Below, piece after piece: positions 52,669-64,000 of a stretch of 64,000 nucleotides of DNA. How positions within the stretch are numbered: the stretch's first letter is position 1; every line of letters begins with the position of its first letter. Origin of the DNA: Nemertoderma westbladi (lineage: Eukaryota; Animalia; Xenacoelomorpha). A program made the position numbers and the translations under genes. The stretch spans positions 1 through 64,000 of the forward strand of contig JAUCBJ010008343.1 of NCBI GenBank assembly GCA_032718475.1. Direction: 5' to 3'. The notes below the pieces were generated by a model. That model had not been told where the DNA came from, ran no database searches, and saw only the letters and a list, made by a program, of their open reading frames with translations.

Positions 52669-55600
52669 TTAAGTTGGGGAGTCCCTAGATGTTTGTTGGA
52701 TTAGGGAGGTGGTCGTGGGAAGACTATCTTGTCTCCCATAGTTTCCGGAGAGTTCTCTGTCTCTTTCCAGTAAACATAAACGTCCCACCGGGCGATTGAG
52801 CTGCTGCGTCTCGAAGACAATTCCCGGTTTCTTGAAGTTACGTTGCATGACGACGAGTTCTACCGATCGCACCAAACCGTCATCCGAGATGTGCGTCTCG
52901 ATTATACGACCTGTCTGCCACCTCTTACGTGGAAGATCTACATCAACAATAAGAACCATGTCTCCCTCGCTGACGTTTTCTTGCTGCGCAAACCACTTAG
53001 TTCGAAGTTGTAGCGTGGGCAGATAATGTTTCTCGAAATGGTCAGCGAAACGACGGGATAACAACTGCATGAGTTGCCAAGTTTGTCGGCAGTATTCGTC
53101 TCCGTCTGTGATTTCCGATTGTGGGAGCATGGCTACAGGTTTCTTCAGTAGGAAGTGCGCGGGTGTTAGCGCTTCCAGGGAATCGGGACTCGATGAGACT
53201 GGCATAAGCGGTCTCTCGTTGAGATAGGCGGCGATTTCTTCCATTAACGTCCGCAAAAGTTCGTCGGTGAGATAAGCGCGGCAAGGCACTATAAAATGAA
53301 ATGCTGTCTTCACGCTTCTTATTAATCTCTCCCAACTTCCTCCCCACCAAGGGGCGTCGGCGGCATTGAAGGTCCAACTAGACGCTGTTACTCGTAGTTG
53401 GTCGTCCACCTGTCTTTGGTTCCAATCTTTGACGTAAGCTTTGATTTCATTGTTGGCACCAATGAAGTTTGTTCCCTTATCAGATTCCATCGTGTTACTA
53501 GTGCCAAAGCGAGCGATCTGTCGTCGTAAGCTTAATAGAAAGCTGTTGGTAGATAAATCGTTCACCATATCGAGATGGATGGCTCTACAAGTCATACAAA
53601 CAAAGATTACACACCATCTCTTGACTATAGTCCTAGCACGATATACTTCAATAGGGCCAAATAAATCCACACCGGTATTAGTAAAGGGTGGTTCATAAAA
53701 GCTTACTCGTTCCCTAGGTAATTCTGCCTCTCTCTGTGTTAAAGGCCTACTGAATGCTTTCCTACAGGGTATACAGTTCCTAAGAACTTGGTTCAGAGCT
53801 CTACGGGGTTTATAAAAATAATAGCGAGTTCGAATTTCGCTAAGCACTCGTTCTCTACCAGCATGATAAAGTTTGCTGTGAACATCTACAATCATCTTGA
53901 CTTGTATTTCAAGATTTCTAATGAGTATGGGGAACTTAGTATCAAAGGATAATGGGGCATTCGTTAACCTTCCTCCAACACGTATCAACCCATCTATCAT
54001 TGTGCTAGAGAAACGATCCCTTAAGCGCATCTGTGGATTTCTCAACAACAGGAAATACTTATCGGAATCTTCATAGCATTGTAAGAATCTCAGCATCTGT
54101 TTGTTGGTTTCTTCATGCTCCTGATAACTGATCTTCTCCTTCAGAAACTTGTCGGGTACCTTATATTTGGGAAGATCTTTAATAACATGGACCTGCACTG
54201 ATGTGATTGGAGCGGTATCACCCTTTGTTTTCATCCCAGAGTAGTGATGGTGAAAACATCTCTTTAAATATGTAACGGCTTTACAGAGCCGATTCCAGGA
54301 ACTGTAGTGATGTATCGCTCTCTGCAGAAGAGGTGAGAGTCCTTGCGAGACGTCTGGTATGCCAGATTTCCAATCCTTATCACGGATTTCCACAACGGGT
54401 TTATTTGTGGCTGTGGGTTTCTGATCCAAAGCGTCATCTCCGGAAGTATGTAGTACAGACAGATCTACTGTGGGTTTGAATAACTTCGATTTACTCGCCT
54501 GAGTTTTAGGCTTGACTTTCTCCGCTCCCTTGGCCTGTCTAATTTCTGCTGTAGTAAGATGAGGAGGCCATTCTTCTTCTTCTTTGTAGAGGAAGTCGGG
54601 TCCACCTAACCAGTCTGGTGTATCTACCAGTTCTTGTGGAGTTGCTCCCCTGGAAGCGATGTCTGCTGGATTAATCGTTCCGGGGCAATGTCTCCATTGA
54701 TCCATCGTCGTGCGACTGAGTATAATAGCTACTCTGTTGGTAACGAAGACGCTGAACTGACAGACTTCATTGGTTATATACTCCAACACGAGTAAAGCAT
54801 CGGTCCAATAGACAGTTTTCTCCAGGGGATAGTCGATCTGTTCTGTTACATTCCGGCCGATGGCTGTAGCGTATAGAGCCGCTTTTAACTCCGCTCGAGG
54901 AACTTTCAACTTGTTGTTTATTAATGCCTTAGAGGTAACCAAGGCGACTTTAATTCCGTCCGGAGTTTCCACCCTTAGGTAGGCTACTATACCGATTCCC
55001 ATATCGCTGGCGTCTCCAAACACATGGAGTTGATATGAATACGTAGGGAGAACATGACCAAAATATGAACGGGAAATTATAAAGTTTTCGATGGCTGGTA
55101 GAGAATTTTCCCATTTCATCCACTTCTTTAATAATTCTCCCTTAAGTGGATCGTCCCATGAGTGGTTTTCAAGCCACATTTGTTGTACTAAACTCCGAGC
55201 AATCAATATAACTGGGCTAATAAATCCCAATGGATCGAAATAAGTGCTCAGGATACTTAAACAAATCCGTTTAGTCCGAACTGGATTATCTCACTGTTTT
55301 AATTGGAAAAACAGGATATCTCTTTCTGTGTCCCATTTCAAACCAAGGGTCTTAGTTTCTGGGAGATCATCCTTTATTAGATCTAGGTCTTTTGCTCCTC
55401 GATCTTCTACCGGGATCGACTCCAGAAACTCACGGGAGTTGCTGGTGAATTTAGTTAATCGAAATCCACCTCTTTTTAAGCACTCTACCGTTCCTTTAGC
55501 GACGTCAATGGCTTCTTCGACTGATGGAAGGGACTTTAGATTATCGTCCATGTAGATGTCTCGTTTGATATTGTCGATCACTTCTTTAGAGAAGGCGTCT

Positions 55601-58600
55601 CGGTTGTCATCCGCAGTGGTGCGCACTACGGAACAGGCGTTTGAAGGGCTCGAGATTATCCCAAAAGCCTGGATGGTCATCCAGTACTCCACCGGTTTCT
55701 GGTTGAGGTCTCCTTCAGGCCACCACAGAAATCGTAGGCTGTCTCGATCTCTATCCAGCGCTTTGACTTGTAAGAACATGCCTTCTATATCTGAGGCGAA
55801 AGCAATGGAGTATTGTCTTAATCTTAATAGTATTCCCAACAAGGATTGGAGTAAGTTGGGTCCGGGTAACAATTCAGAATTAAGAGATTGGCCCATATAA
55901 AGGGCGGAACCGTCAAACACCACTCGTACTTCATGGGGTTCACTGGGTTTGGGAACGTAATGGTGAGTTAAGTAATACGTTCTCTCAGTTATAGGGGTTT
56001 CTTCCGGTACTAGCTCCGCATATCCCTTGCTAATAAACTTCTTCAACTGTGTTTGATACATTTCTTTAGCTGAAGAATTTGCCGTAAGGCGTCGATGTAG
56101 TTGAGCAATTCTTTTCTCTGCCAAAGGTCTGTTGTTAATGAACTTTGGTTCTCGCTTTCGGAAAGGAAGACCAATCTCATATCTACCTTGATCTTTAAGA
56201 AAACGAGTAGTTGTCGCTTGGATCTGCTTGGCTCTTTCTTCCTCCACCGATAGGGCCTTATCGTAGGAGTTGGGCTCTACGACCTCTTGAGTAAAGAATC
56301 TCACGGAGTGTTCATCCCGAGTCTTGGCATTATAACGTTCAATGACGTGATTGAGCTCGTCGTTATAGTCGTCTCGCTCGGATGGGAGAAGGAGTTGACA
56401 TAAGTTCACTTGATTTTGCCAAGTCTCGCTTTCCTTAAGGAGATCGATGGCATTCTCCTCATCGAAGAGTTGATGTATATCGTCGTTGTCTGAGGAGTAT
56501 GGAGTTCCCTCAGCTGGATCGTCGAACTCACTGTTCTCAACTTCCCATTCTCGCACTTGATATACCTGATCTTTCGGTAATCTTTCCATGAGAGTTTTAC
56601 GGGAAGGGCCAGTAAAGTACCAACCTACTCTAGTTCTTACCGCATAGGTCTGTAGTGGCTGCGGTTGAGCAGGCCGTTTCTCCAATGTCTCGAGCGCCTC
56701 ATGCGCGTTTTGGCCGATGAGTATTTGCACTCCAGGATAATCAGTCTGGAATCGAGGTATCTTAAGATATTGAATGCTCTCATCCTCGTCCCAATTATAA
56801 AGGTCTGCTTGAGTAGTAGCGAAATTCTTTATAGCCACCATTTTCACTGACCTTATGCTACGTTCTCCTAGTTCGTCCTGGGGGGTGGACAACGCACCTA
56901 CATAATAATCCGCTGTTACTGTGGATTTCCAAACTTGCATAATTCCTGACATGTTTAGCTTAGTTCGGAACTTGGGTTGTCCAGCGAATATGTCTTCGGC
57001 TAGCTCTTTGTCGATGAATGTTCCTGTACTACCGGAGTCAAGGAGGGCGTTCACTACATAACTCCTTTTTGGTCCGTGGACCCTTACCTGTACCACAGGA
57101 AATTCTCTAATCCCTACATTGGAAGTTGGCGCTTTCCAAAATGGTTGTTGATCAGAAGTAGTTAGGGTAAGGTCGCTGTCCGTATCCTTTTCATACGTGA
57201 GTGCTCGATACACTGTGGTATTTATCGTGTAACAGGATTCGTTTTCGTCGGAGAACTCGTCTGTATAGAATCCTTCCATCTCAGATTGATCAGTGTCGTT
57301 CACATCACTGAATTGGACATGTAGTTCGGAATCACTTACCTGACTCGGACTATTTCGCTCGAATTCAGTGTGCAACAAGATATGATGTTTCGCACCGCAC
57401 TTGGCACATCTTGTGTCAGAGTAACAGGTTCGCCGTTGGTGTCCATGTCTGAGGCAATTATAACACAACCGCTTATCCCACATGACTTCACGTCTCTCAG
57501 TTAATGATTTCTTTAGAAATTCATCACACATATTTAAGCGATGGGTCCCATCACATAGCGCACATTTCGGTTTGATGTTACTTACCTTACTCTGCGTAAC
57601 ATTGTGTACACTTGTCTTTTCTTCGGGCTTTCTCACCTGAATTCTCTTGGGAGACGTAGGAGGAGTTTTTCTTACCTGTTCTCTCCTGTCATTGGTTCGA
57701 GACTTGAATTTACTTACCTGATCTTTAGGCATTTTATTGACGTAATAAGATCTGTCAGTGTCTTTCCCGCTATCCTCTCCTTGAGAAGTCTGGCTTTCGC
57801 CGTCGTCTGTATAACACACTGGTGTTACCTTTCTCCTAGAGACGGGTTTTTCACTTACCTTGTTTTCCGGTGTCTTCTCTCTGGACAGTTTTAGGAGCTG
57901 TAATTTCACTTCTCCATCTAGGAATGACATGATATCAGCCATGGTAGGGTCTCGTCGTTGTTGTTCCATCATATATAACACTTTCTTATCCCAGCGTGTA
58001 CCTACTCCACCCTTCGGTAAAGTAGAAGCCACTGCTCTAATAACCATAGCACTCTGATACTCATGAGACTTACCTAGCCAATCTAATTGTCTGCAGATAT
58101 CCTGAATTTCATCGGAAAACTCTATAATCCCGCTGCTAATAAACTTTCGGGGCGCTACCAACTTTGCATACAAATACCCAGCTATGTTATTCCTATTACC
58201 ATACCTGATGTTTAGTGTATCCCAAACTTGTCTTAATCCGTTTGGATGTCCAATAAACTTTAGCGCCATTAACTTGGGAGATCCTTCCAAGCACTCGATG
58301 AGGAATCTAAGTTTCTCTCCATTAGATAGTACAGAGTTCTGTATGTTATCTTTGTAATATTCATTAAAAGGTAACCATTTCATCTCATCTCCATTGAACT
58401 TGACGATCTCTCCCACCTTTACCGCTTGCCGGGCTTCGGTTCTAGCCATTTGACGCGTAAAACTTTCTTGGGCCATCGTGTTATTTAATATCGAGTTATC
58501 GGTATATAAATTTCTCGGATTATGATCCGGTCTATAGGGAATATCATTATCAACAGGTCTATAATTACCCTTAATAGGGTTCACTATAGGAGTTTCTACT

Positions 58601-60891
58601 TCGCTAGCAGTATAGATGCGTGTAGGCTCCACACCTTGCGCATGAGATACTTCAGACCTAACAGGTTGACACATTGTTACGGGGGGTGTTGGTATACCCT
58701 TTTGTGTATTTACTAATTTATTGCGTTCTAGCGCGATACTTTGCTGCACTTCTTGCAACTCTAATCTACTTTCCCTTACTGTGCCCTTGAATTGCTGAAC
58801 GGTCTCCTGCATCTGTCCGAGCAGGAGATCCATCCCCCGTCGTCTCTCATCCACCCATTCAACCGCCGAAGCGGGATTCGCCAACGTTGTAGCGGGCGGA
58901 CGAGGGACAACGGGCGACAAATCATGAATATTTCGCTCGGAGTCCAGGGCATGAACTGTCTCATGGGCTGTTCTGCTGGGCACAGGTAGCTTAGTGCTGT
59001 GCAAAGGGAATTGAGAGGTAGGTTCAGGGAGTACAGGTGTCTCTACGACCGAAAGGGTGGCTTCGGGAACAGGCCTAATTATTTCAGGCTCATCTACTAT
59101 AGTAGGGAGTCTCTCTATTGTAATTATTTGGTCTGTGGGTTCTGTACTACCTAAGTTGGTGTTATTTAGTTGCCTTCGAACAGCTGGAGGCAAATCAGGC
59201 AATTTCTGATGGTGGGATGTTCTTTTACGTCTGCTTAGGTGAGATATATTTCCTTTGCCTTCAGTGTCGGTGGTATCGCCTTCCTCAGATGATGTATAAC
59301 CTTGTCTTTTGGGAGTAGATCGATTCATCATCTGCATATTACTAGCTGTTAACTGTTTATTAAAGTTGTCTTGTCTCTCTTGAAGATTTTCCAACTCTAG
59401 TTGGGTTGTCTCTTCAGATGCCCTCCGTTCTGCTTCTGCCACTGCTATTTTTCTTTCCGCTTCGGCCGCCTTTCTTTCCGCTTCTGCTGCTGCCACTTTT
59501 CTTTCCGCTTCGGCCGCCTTTCTTTCGTCTTCTACTGCTGCAGCTGCCACTTTTCTTTCCGCTTCGGCCGCCTTTCTTTCGGCTTCTACTGCTGCAGCTG
59601 CCGCTTTTGCCTCTGCCGCTGCCGCTTTTGCCTCTGCCGCTGCTTCTGCCGCTTTTCTATCCACTTCTGCCGCTTTTCGTTCCGCTTCTGCCGCTGCCAC
59701 TGCCGCTGCTGCTGTCTTTCTATCTTCTATACGTTTTTTCTTTACTTGTTCTTCTTGAACCTTAGCGATGCGGATGCTTTCACTGAATTTAGCTTGGTTC
59801 GCAGCTAACCTATCCACATCGATTGCGTCCAACACACGCTGGGCTCCTTCACTATTAGGGCTAAGCCCCTCTAACCTTCTCCTCAACTCTTCATCACCTA
59901 AAAAACGTTGATAGTCTGACAGATAGATGTCAATGGCATCCCTCTTATGCGGTTTCTCTGCCGTCGCTTCACTTTCCACTTGGGAAAATGTAGCATCTGT
60001 TGAATCTCCATGGGTTGAGCGCTCATCTAGTTGGGCTTTCCACTGAGCCGTTCCTTGAACCTGGAGACTCACCTTTTGAAACCAAGTCTTTACAGCAACT
60101 TGCAACGACGTGTCTTGTCTTCTTTTAGAAGCCTCCTCAAAGGCTGATAAGATTAGCCTGATTCGTAGAATTCTTTCTCTAACTTGATAAAGCAGTTGTC
60201 CCTGCTCTTGAGGTCCTTGGGGTTGTTGAAACAGTTGTTTTTCTACTCGCTCCATAGAGCTGAAGAATCCCTGTGCGTATCCGGCTGCGGACCTCTTCCA
60301 CACAGCTGGATCGGTGGTCTCCTTGGCTACTCCCATCCGGTGTATGTCTTCCCAGGCAGCTTCTGATAAATCAAACGGGAGTCCGGGTCCGGGGAAGTTC
60401 CATTGCGACTCGACCATAGACTTCAGTTCTTCCCTTGTGTATCCCTCATAACTATCTTTAGTCAATCGCTTACTTCTCGCCCAATCGATCTGGTGTTCTT
60501 CCACCGCGATCAATATCCTAGTGAGTACGGCTGCAGGCAGGATGAGAAGGGGATCCGAATAAACCGCATCCGTCATCTTTGCTCCGCGCTCGGGTGTCAG
60601 CTCTACAGTATCTTCACTACTGGAGCTGTTGGGCCGCTGAGAAATAAGTTCTTGGCTCGCGGGTTGTTGCTGTTCCGCTGCTTCTTGGTCCCGCTTGACC
60701 TGGGCTCGAGTGCCTATGATAGACCTATGGTGTTGGACCAGCCTAGGTTCTGTTATTACTACTGGAGGGATGACCTTCCTCACAGTGGGAGGTGAACTGA
60801 ACTTAGGTGTAGACGGTTCTACACCCTTATCTGAGTCGCAGATAGTTACATCTAATAAACTGTCTGACAGGTTCTGCTTAGTATCAGACAT
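52669..60891 (-). CDS. BEL/Pao gag-pol polyprotein (~2740 codons) with one in-frame TGA at 55293-55291
   Basis: Three knuckles (CALCDGTHRLNMC, CYNCLRHGHQRRTC, CAKCGAKHHILLH), protease LLDSGS, RT YMDD, ...LKQ*DNPVRTKRICLS..FDPLG, RNase H LHVFGDAS, integrase HHCC plus VDLFGP/SDKGTNF/WERL; first ATG at 60891. Confidence 0.93.
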
Positions 60892-62240
60892 GTTTGTTTG
60901 CACAGTTGAATGTCTACTGCTATATTACAGTCTAAGTAAGTCTAGTAATTCAGTATTAACTGCTAGCCTAGTAATTAATTACCGATACTGCTACTCAGTG
61001 TAGCGTGATATATAATATATTAGTATACCGGTATGCTTATAGTATATATAAGTATTATTACAGACTAGTTTATCACAGAATACCGGTAGGTAATTTTAGC
61101 ACAAATATATATAAATATATAATAGGCCTATCGTGAATACCGGTATGCAGTTTACACTTATAGTGTATATATATAAGTATAATTACAGACTAGAATTAAT
61201 TACAGAGTACCGGTATGATTTCAACCTAAAATTTATAGAAATAAATATAATAAGCCTATTGTAAATACCGGTATGTCAATTATTTTAAATAATTGAATTT
61301 CTGAATTTTAAGGGTTACTTGGTTACTTTAACTTACTTTATTGCCGTTATTTAAGCAGTAGTCCAACTGATATTGAGACCTAATTGTTATATGGCAGGCC
61401 TACTATTTATAAATCGTTTGAGTTGATTTATAATATATATATACCCGTTTAATGGGTTTTGTCAATGTTTGAAATAAATGTTATTATTTCTGGGGGAGTC
61501 ACTACACATAAGCTGTGCGCTCTCAGTGGAGTGCTACTTGTTAGACACTAAAACAAATAATTCTAATTTACCTAAGTTACTTATTACTACTAATTACGTA
61601 CAATTCTGGTTGAGATTACAATCTCTAAATAAACACAAAAATTTAATTACAAATACACAAATACAAATTTTTTAGGGTAATTTTACAGGGAATCTACAAA
61701 CCAGCCTAACAAAGGGTTAGAATATCTGGTTATTACAACGGACAGGTTACTACGGTATTTGAAAACAATAAGTAGTAGTAAATATACTGCGTTGTCCAGA
61801 TAGGAAAATACCACCGCCTGACGACCTATAACCGTATCGCTATAGGTACTACATTATGTATCACGGAGTGTTCCTACCTAGAGATTAATTACCGCGGTCT
61901 ACCAGAACCAACGTGCCTATTAACCACTTTACAACACAAATATACTGCCTACACACTAATCACCTTCGGAAAGTACTGTACACTAAACCCTAAATTAGGT
62001 ACAAGTACTTGTACAACAAATAATTAGTAGTTAGAAATACTTGAACAGCTAAAAGAACCACGGTATCTGCTGGAGTGACCAAAGCATAAAATCTCCAGTC
62101 TTTACCTACGCCGAGCAGCCCTGATGTAGTACCGTTGTTAGTTTAACTATAACGGTATGTATAACAAACACAATTACTGTAGGAACAAACTTGGGGATAT
62201 GAATGTTGCGAATAATCGCATAAACTCTGAATAATAAATA

Positions 62241-62812
62241 TTACGCTACGAGTACAAACTACTCAAACAAAATGCAGACCAAATACTGACAGACTACTAT
62301 CAAGCCTAAACAAACTACGGTATATGCAGACTCCAAAATGATTAGTTAGTACGCGTTCTAACCCAGTAGTACGACTTATTCTTTCACAGGGGGTTTACCT
62401 CACAGCACTTGAAGCCCCTACTTTCCTAACTTAGCACTTTATCGGACAGATGCTCTACACACACCGAAATTTCCTCAAACCCAACAACAGCCAGACAACT
62501 ATCCAGCCTACAAATTATCTAAATAAAATTATACGCTACCCGTACAGACTACACAAACAAAGTACAGACCAAACGCTGGCAGACTACTATCAAGCCTAAA
62601 TAAACTACAGTATACGCAGACTCCGAAATGGTTAAGTAGTATGCGTTCTAACCCAGTAGTACGACTTATTCTTTAGATGGGGGTTTACCTTACAGCTATG
62701 GCTGCCCCTACTTCCTAACCGTTCTTTATCGGACATACACTCTACATGCACTGCAATCCGTTCAGACCTAATCAACAGTTAGCCAACAGTCAAGCCTACA
62801 AATTATCTGTAC
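62241..62812. repeat. ~290-bp tandem duplication in the BEL 5' UTR
   Basis: TACGCTAC..GTACA.ACTAC...CAGACTACTATCAAGCCTAAA...GCGTTCTAACCCAGTAGTACGACTTATTCTTT present at ~62242 and ~62532. Confidence 0.85.
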
Positions 62813-63089
62813 AATCTGAGCAGGCCTACACGCCTTCTGCTCAATACTGGCCTACAAATAAATAAAACTGACAGAAATAAGTAAGCTCCAAAAGAAACAA
62901 GGGGTGTACAGTCCCTAATCTCTTAAACAGCCTACCGGTATACAATACCACAATCGAATAATACTGCTGTACCTGTACTGTAAGTAAGTACCGGTCCGGA
63001 TGATCAGGCAGTCAGGCCTACTGGTTACCGGTCGACCGGTACTTTCTACTAGATTGCTTACACCGCAATCCAGAAGCAATATCTGTTAT

Positions 63090-64000
63090 TGTTTGCGCTT
63101 TTAAGACCTTTGACAGTTTAACCTGCCAAATTAGGATGTCTTTTAGATGATATATATTCTTTAGCTTATGACGAGTATTTGATACACTACATTAGCCGAA
63201 GCCAGTCTATGCGCAATCATTCACCCGTTGGATATACCCGGGAGACTGAGTTCGGAGCTTAATGATTGATGGTGTAAGCCTACCGTATTATTCGACTGAT
63301 CGTAATATATAATCTCTGAGAAATATTATTCACTTTCGGGAAATATTAACAGTTCCTTTACGACGTGGCGCTCTAAATATGTAAACAGAGTTATGACTTA
63401 AACTAGACACAACGAAAAGGCTATAGATTTACGTATATGGCACATTCTTTAGGAGATGCTTTGTTATCAGTTACAATCATACACAATGCTGCACAATGCT
63501 GCACACTAATCTGCCGACCTTCACTAAATTTGGTCACGTATAAAGAGAGCAACATACAATTTATGTCGGGCATATGAAATAGCATGAGATTCACTTCAAA
63601 CCACTTAACATAGGTCGCAATCATTTATCTGTAACCGGTCTCTCTAACCTTTAGTATATCAAGAAGGTGGGGTGTCTGACTATTGATCAGTTTTCCGATA
63701 TAATATTTCATCAACCAATATAATGAATAACCGACAGTAAAAGCAGCAAAGTTAAGGTATGAATGATTATTAAGTGAGTTAACTGAGTTTTGGTTTGATT
63801 TGGTTTGTTTGATAACAGATATACGTTCTATAATTAAGCCTACTAATGTAAAGCTAAAGAATGCTGATATACGGAAGTGCCAAAAGCCGGTGTTCTTAGG
63901 CTCTGGACAAAAACATAACACTGAATTACTGAGTTTCTGTATCCAACTCCAACACAGAGACAAAAAACGCTCTGATTGGTCAACCGAACAACGAGAGAAC
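63090..64000 (-). repeat. 5' LTR of the BEL element (partial)
   Basis: Matches 48276-49170; ends ...CGCAAACA on the - strand. Confidence 0.9.

Larger units (their letters stand above)
48276..64000 (-). mobile_element. BEL/Pao LTR retrotransposon (runs off the window end)
   Basis: Direct repeats starting TGTTTGCGC at 48276 and 63090, near-identical over the ~0.9 kb visible (about six substitutions and one 16-bp indel); gag-PR-RT-RH-IN order between them. Confidence 0.95.

Noticed and set aside
59401-59808. Cys/Phe- and Pro/Leu-rich + strand ORFs
   Set aside because: Antisense shadows of the Gag AEAERK repeat.

Overview
Eukaryotic (invertebrate animal) genomic DNA: AT-rich, repeat-rich, with spliceosomal introns. 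The species cannot be determined from the sequence. Host genes are a tightly packed, intronless + strand pair of mitochondrial assembly factors (PET100-like and SDHAF4) and a - strand tandem array of three two-exon DEG/ENaC channel genes carrying LDL-receptor class A (LDLa) modules in the extracellular finger region. Copy 1 is intact (~699 aa), copy 2 has a 1-nt frameshift, and copy 3's exon 1 lies beyond the window. The intron of copy 3 holds a palindromic MITE and a young BEL/Pao LTR retrotransposon. That element has a single gag-pol frame with one in-frame TGA, an extra unknown ORF preceded by a long RNA hairpin, and possibly a ~4.4 kb LTR. A decayed element at ~16.9-22.6 kb encodes a DEDD 3'-5' exonuclease-like segment plus CCHC knuckles. 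The rest is RTE and CR1/L2-like LINE fragments, SINEs, non-autonomous DNA transposons and several minisatellites. Most ORFs in the supplied track are repeat or antisense artefacts.
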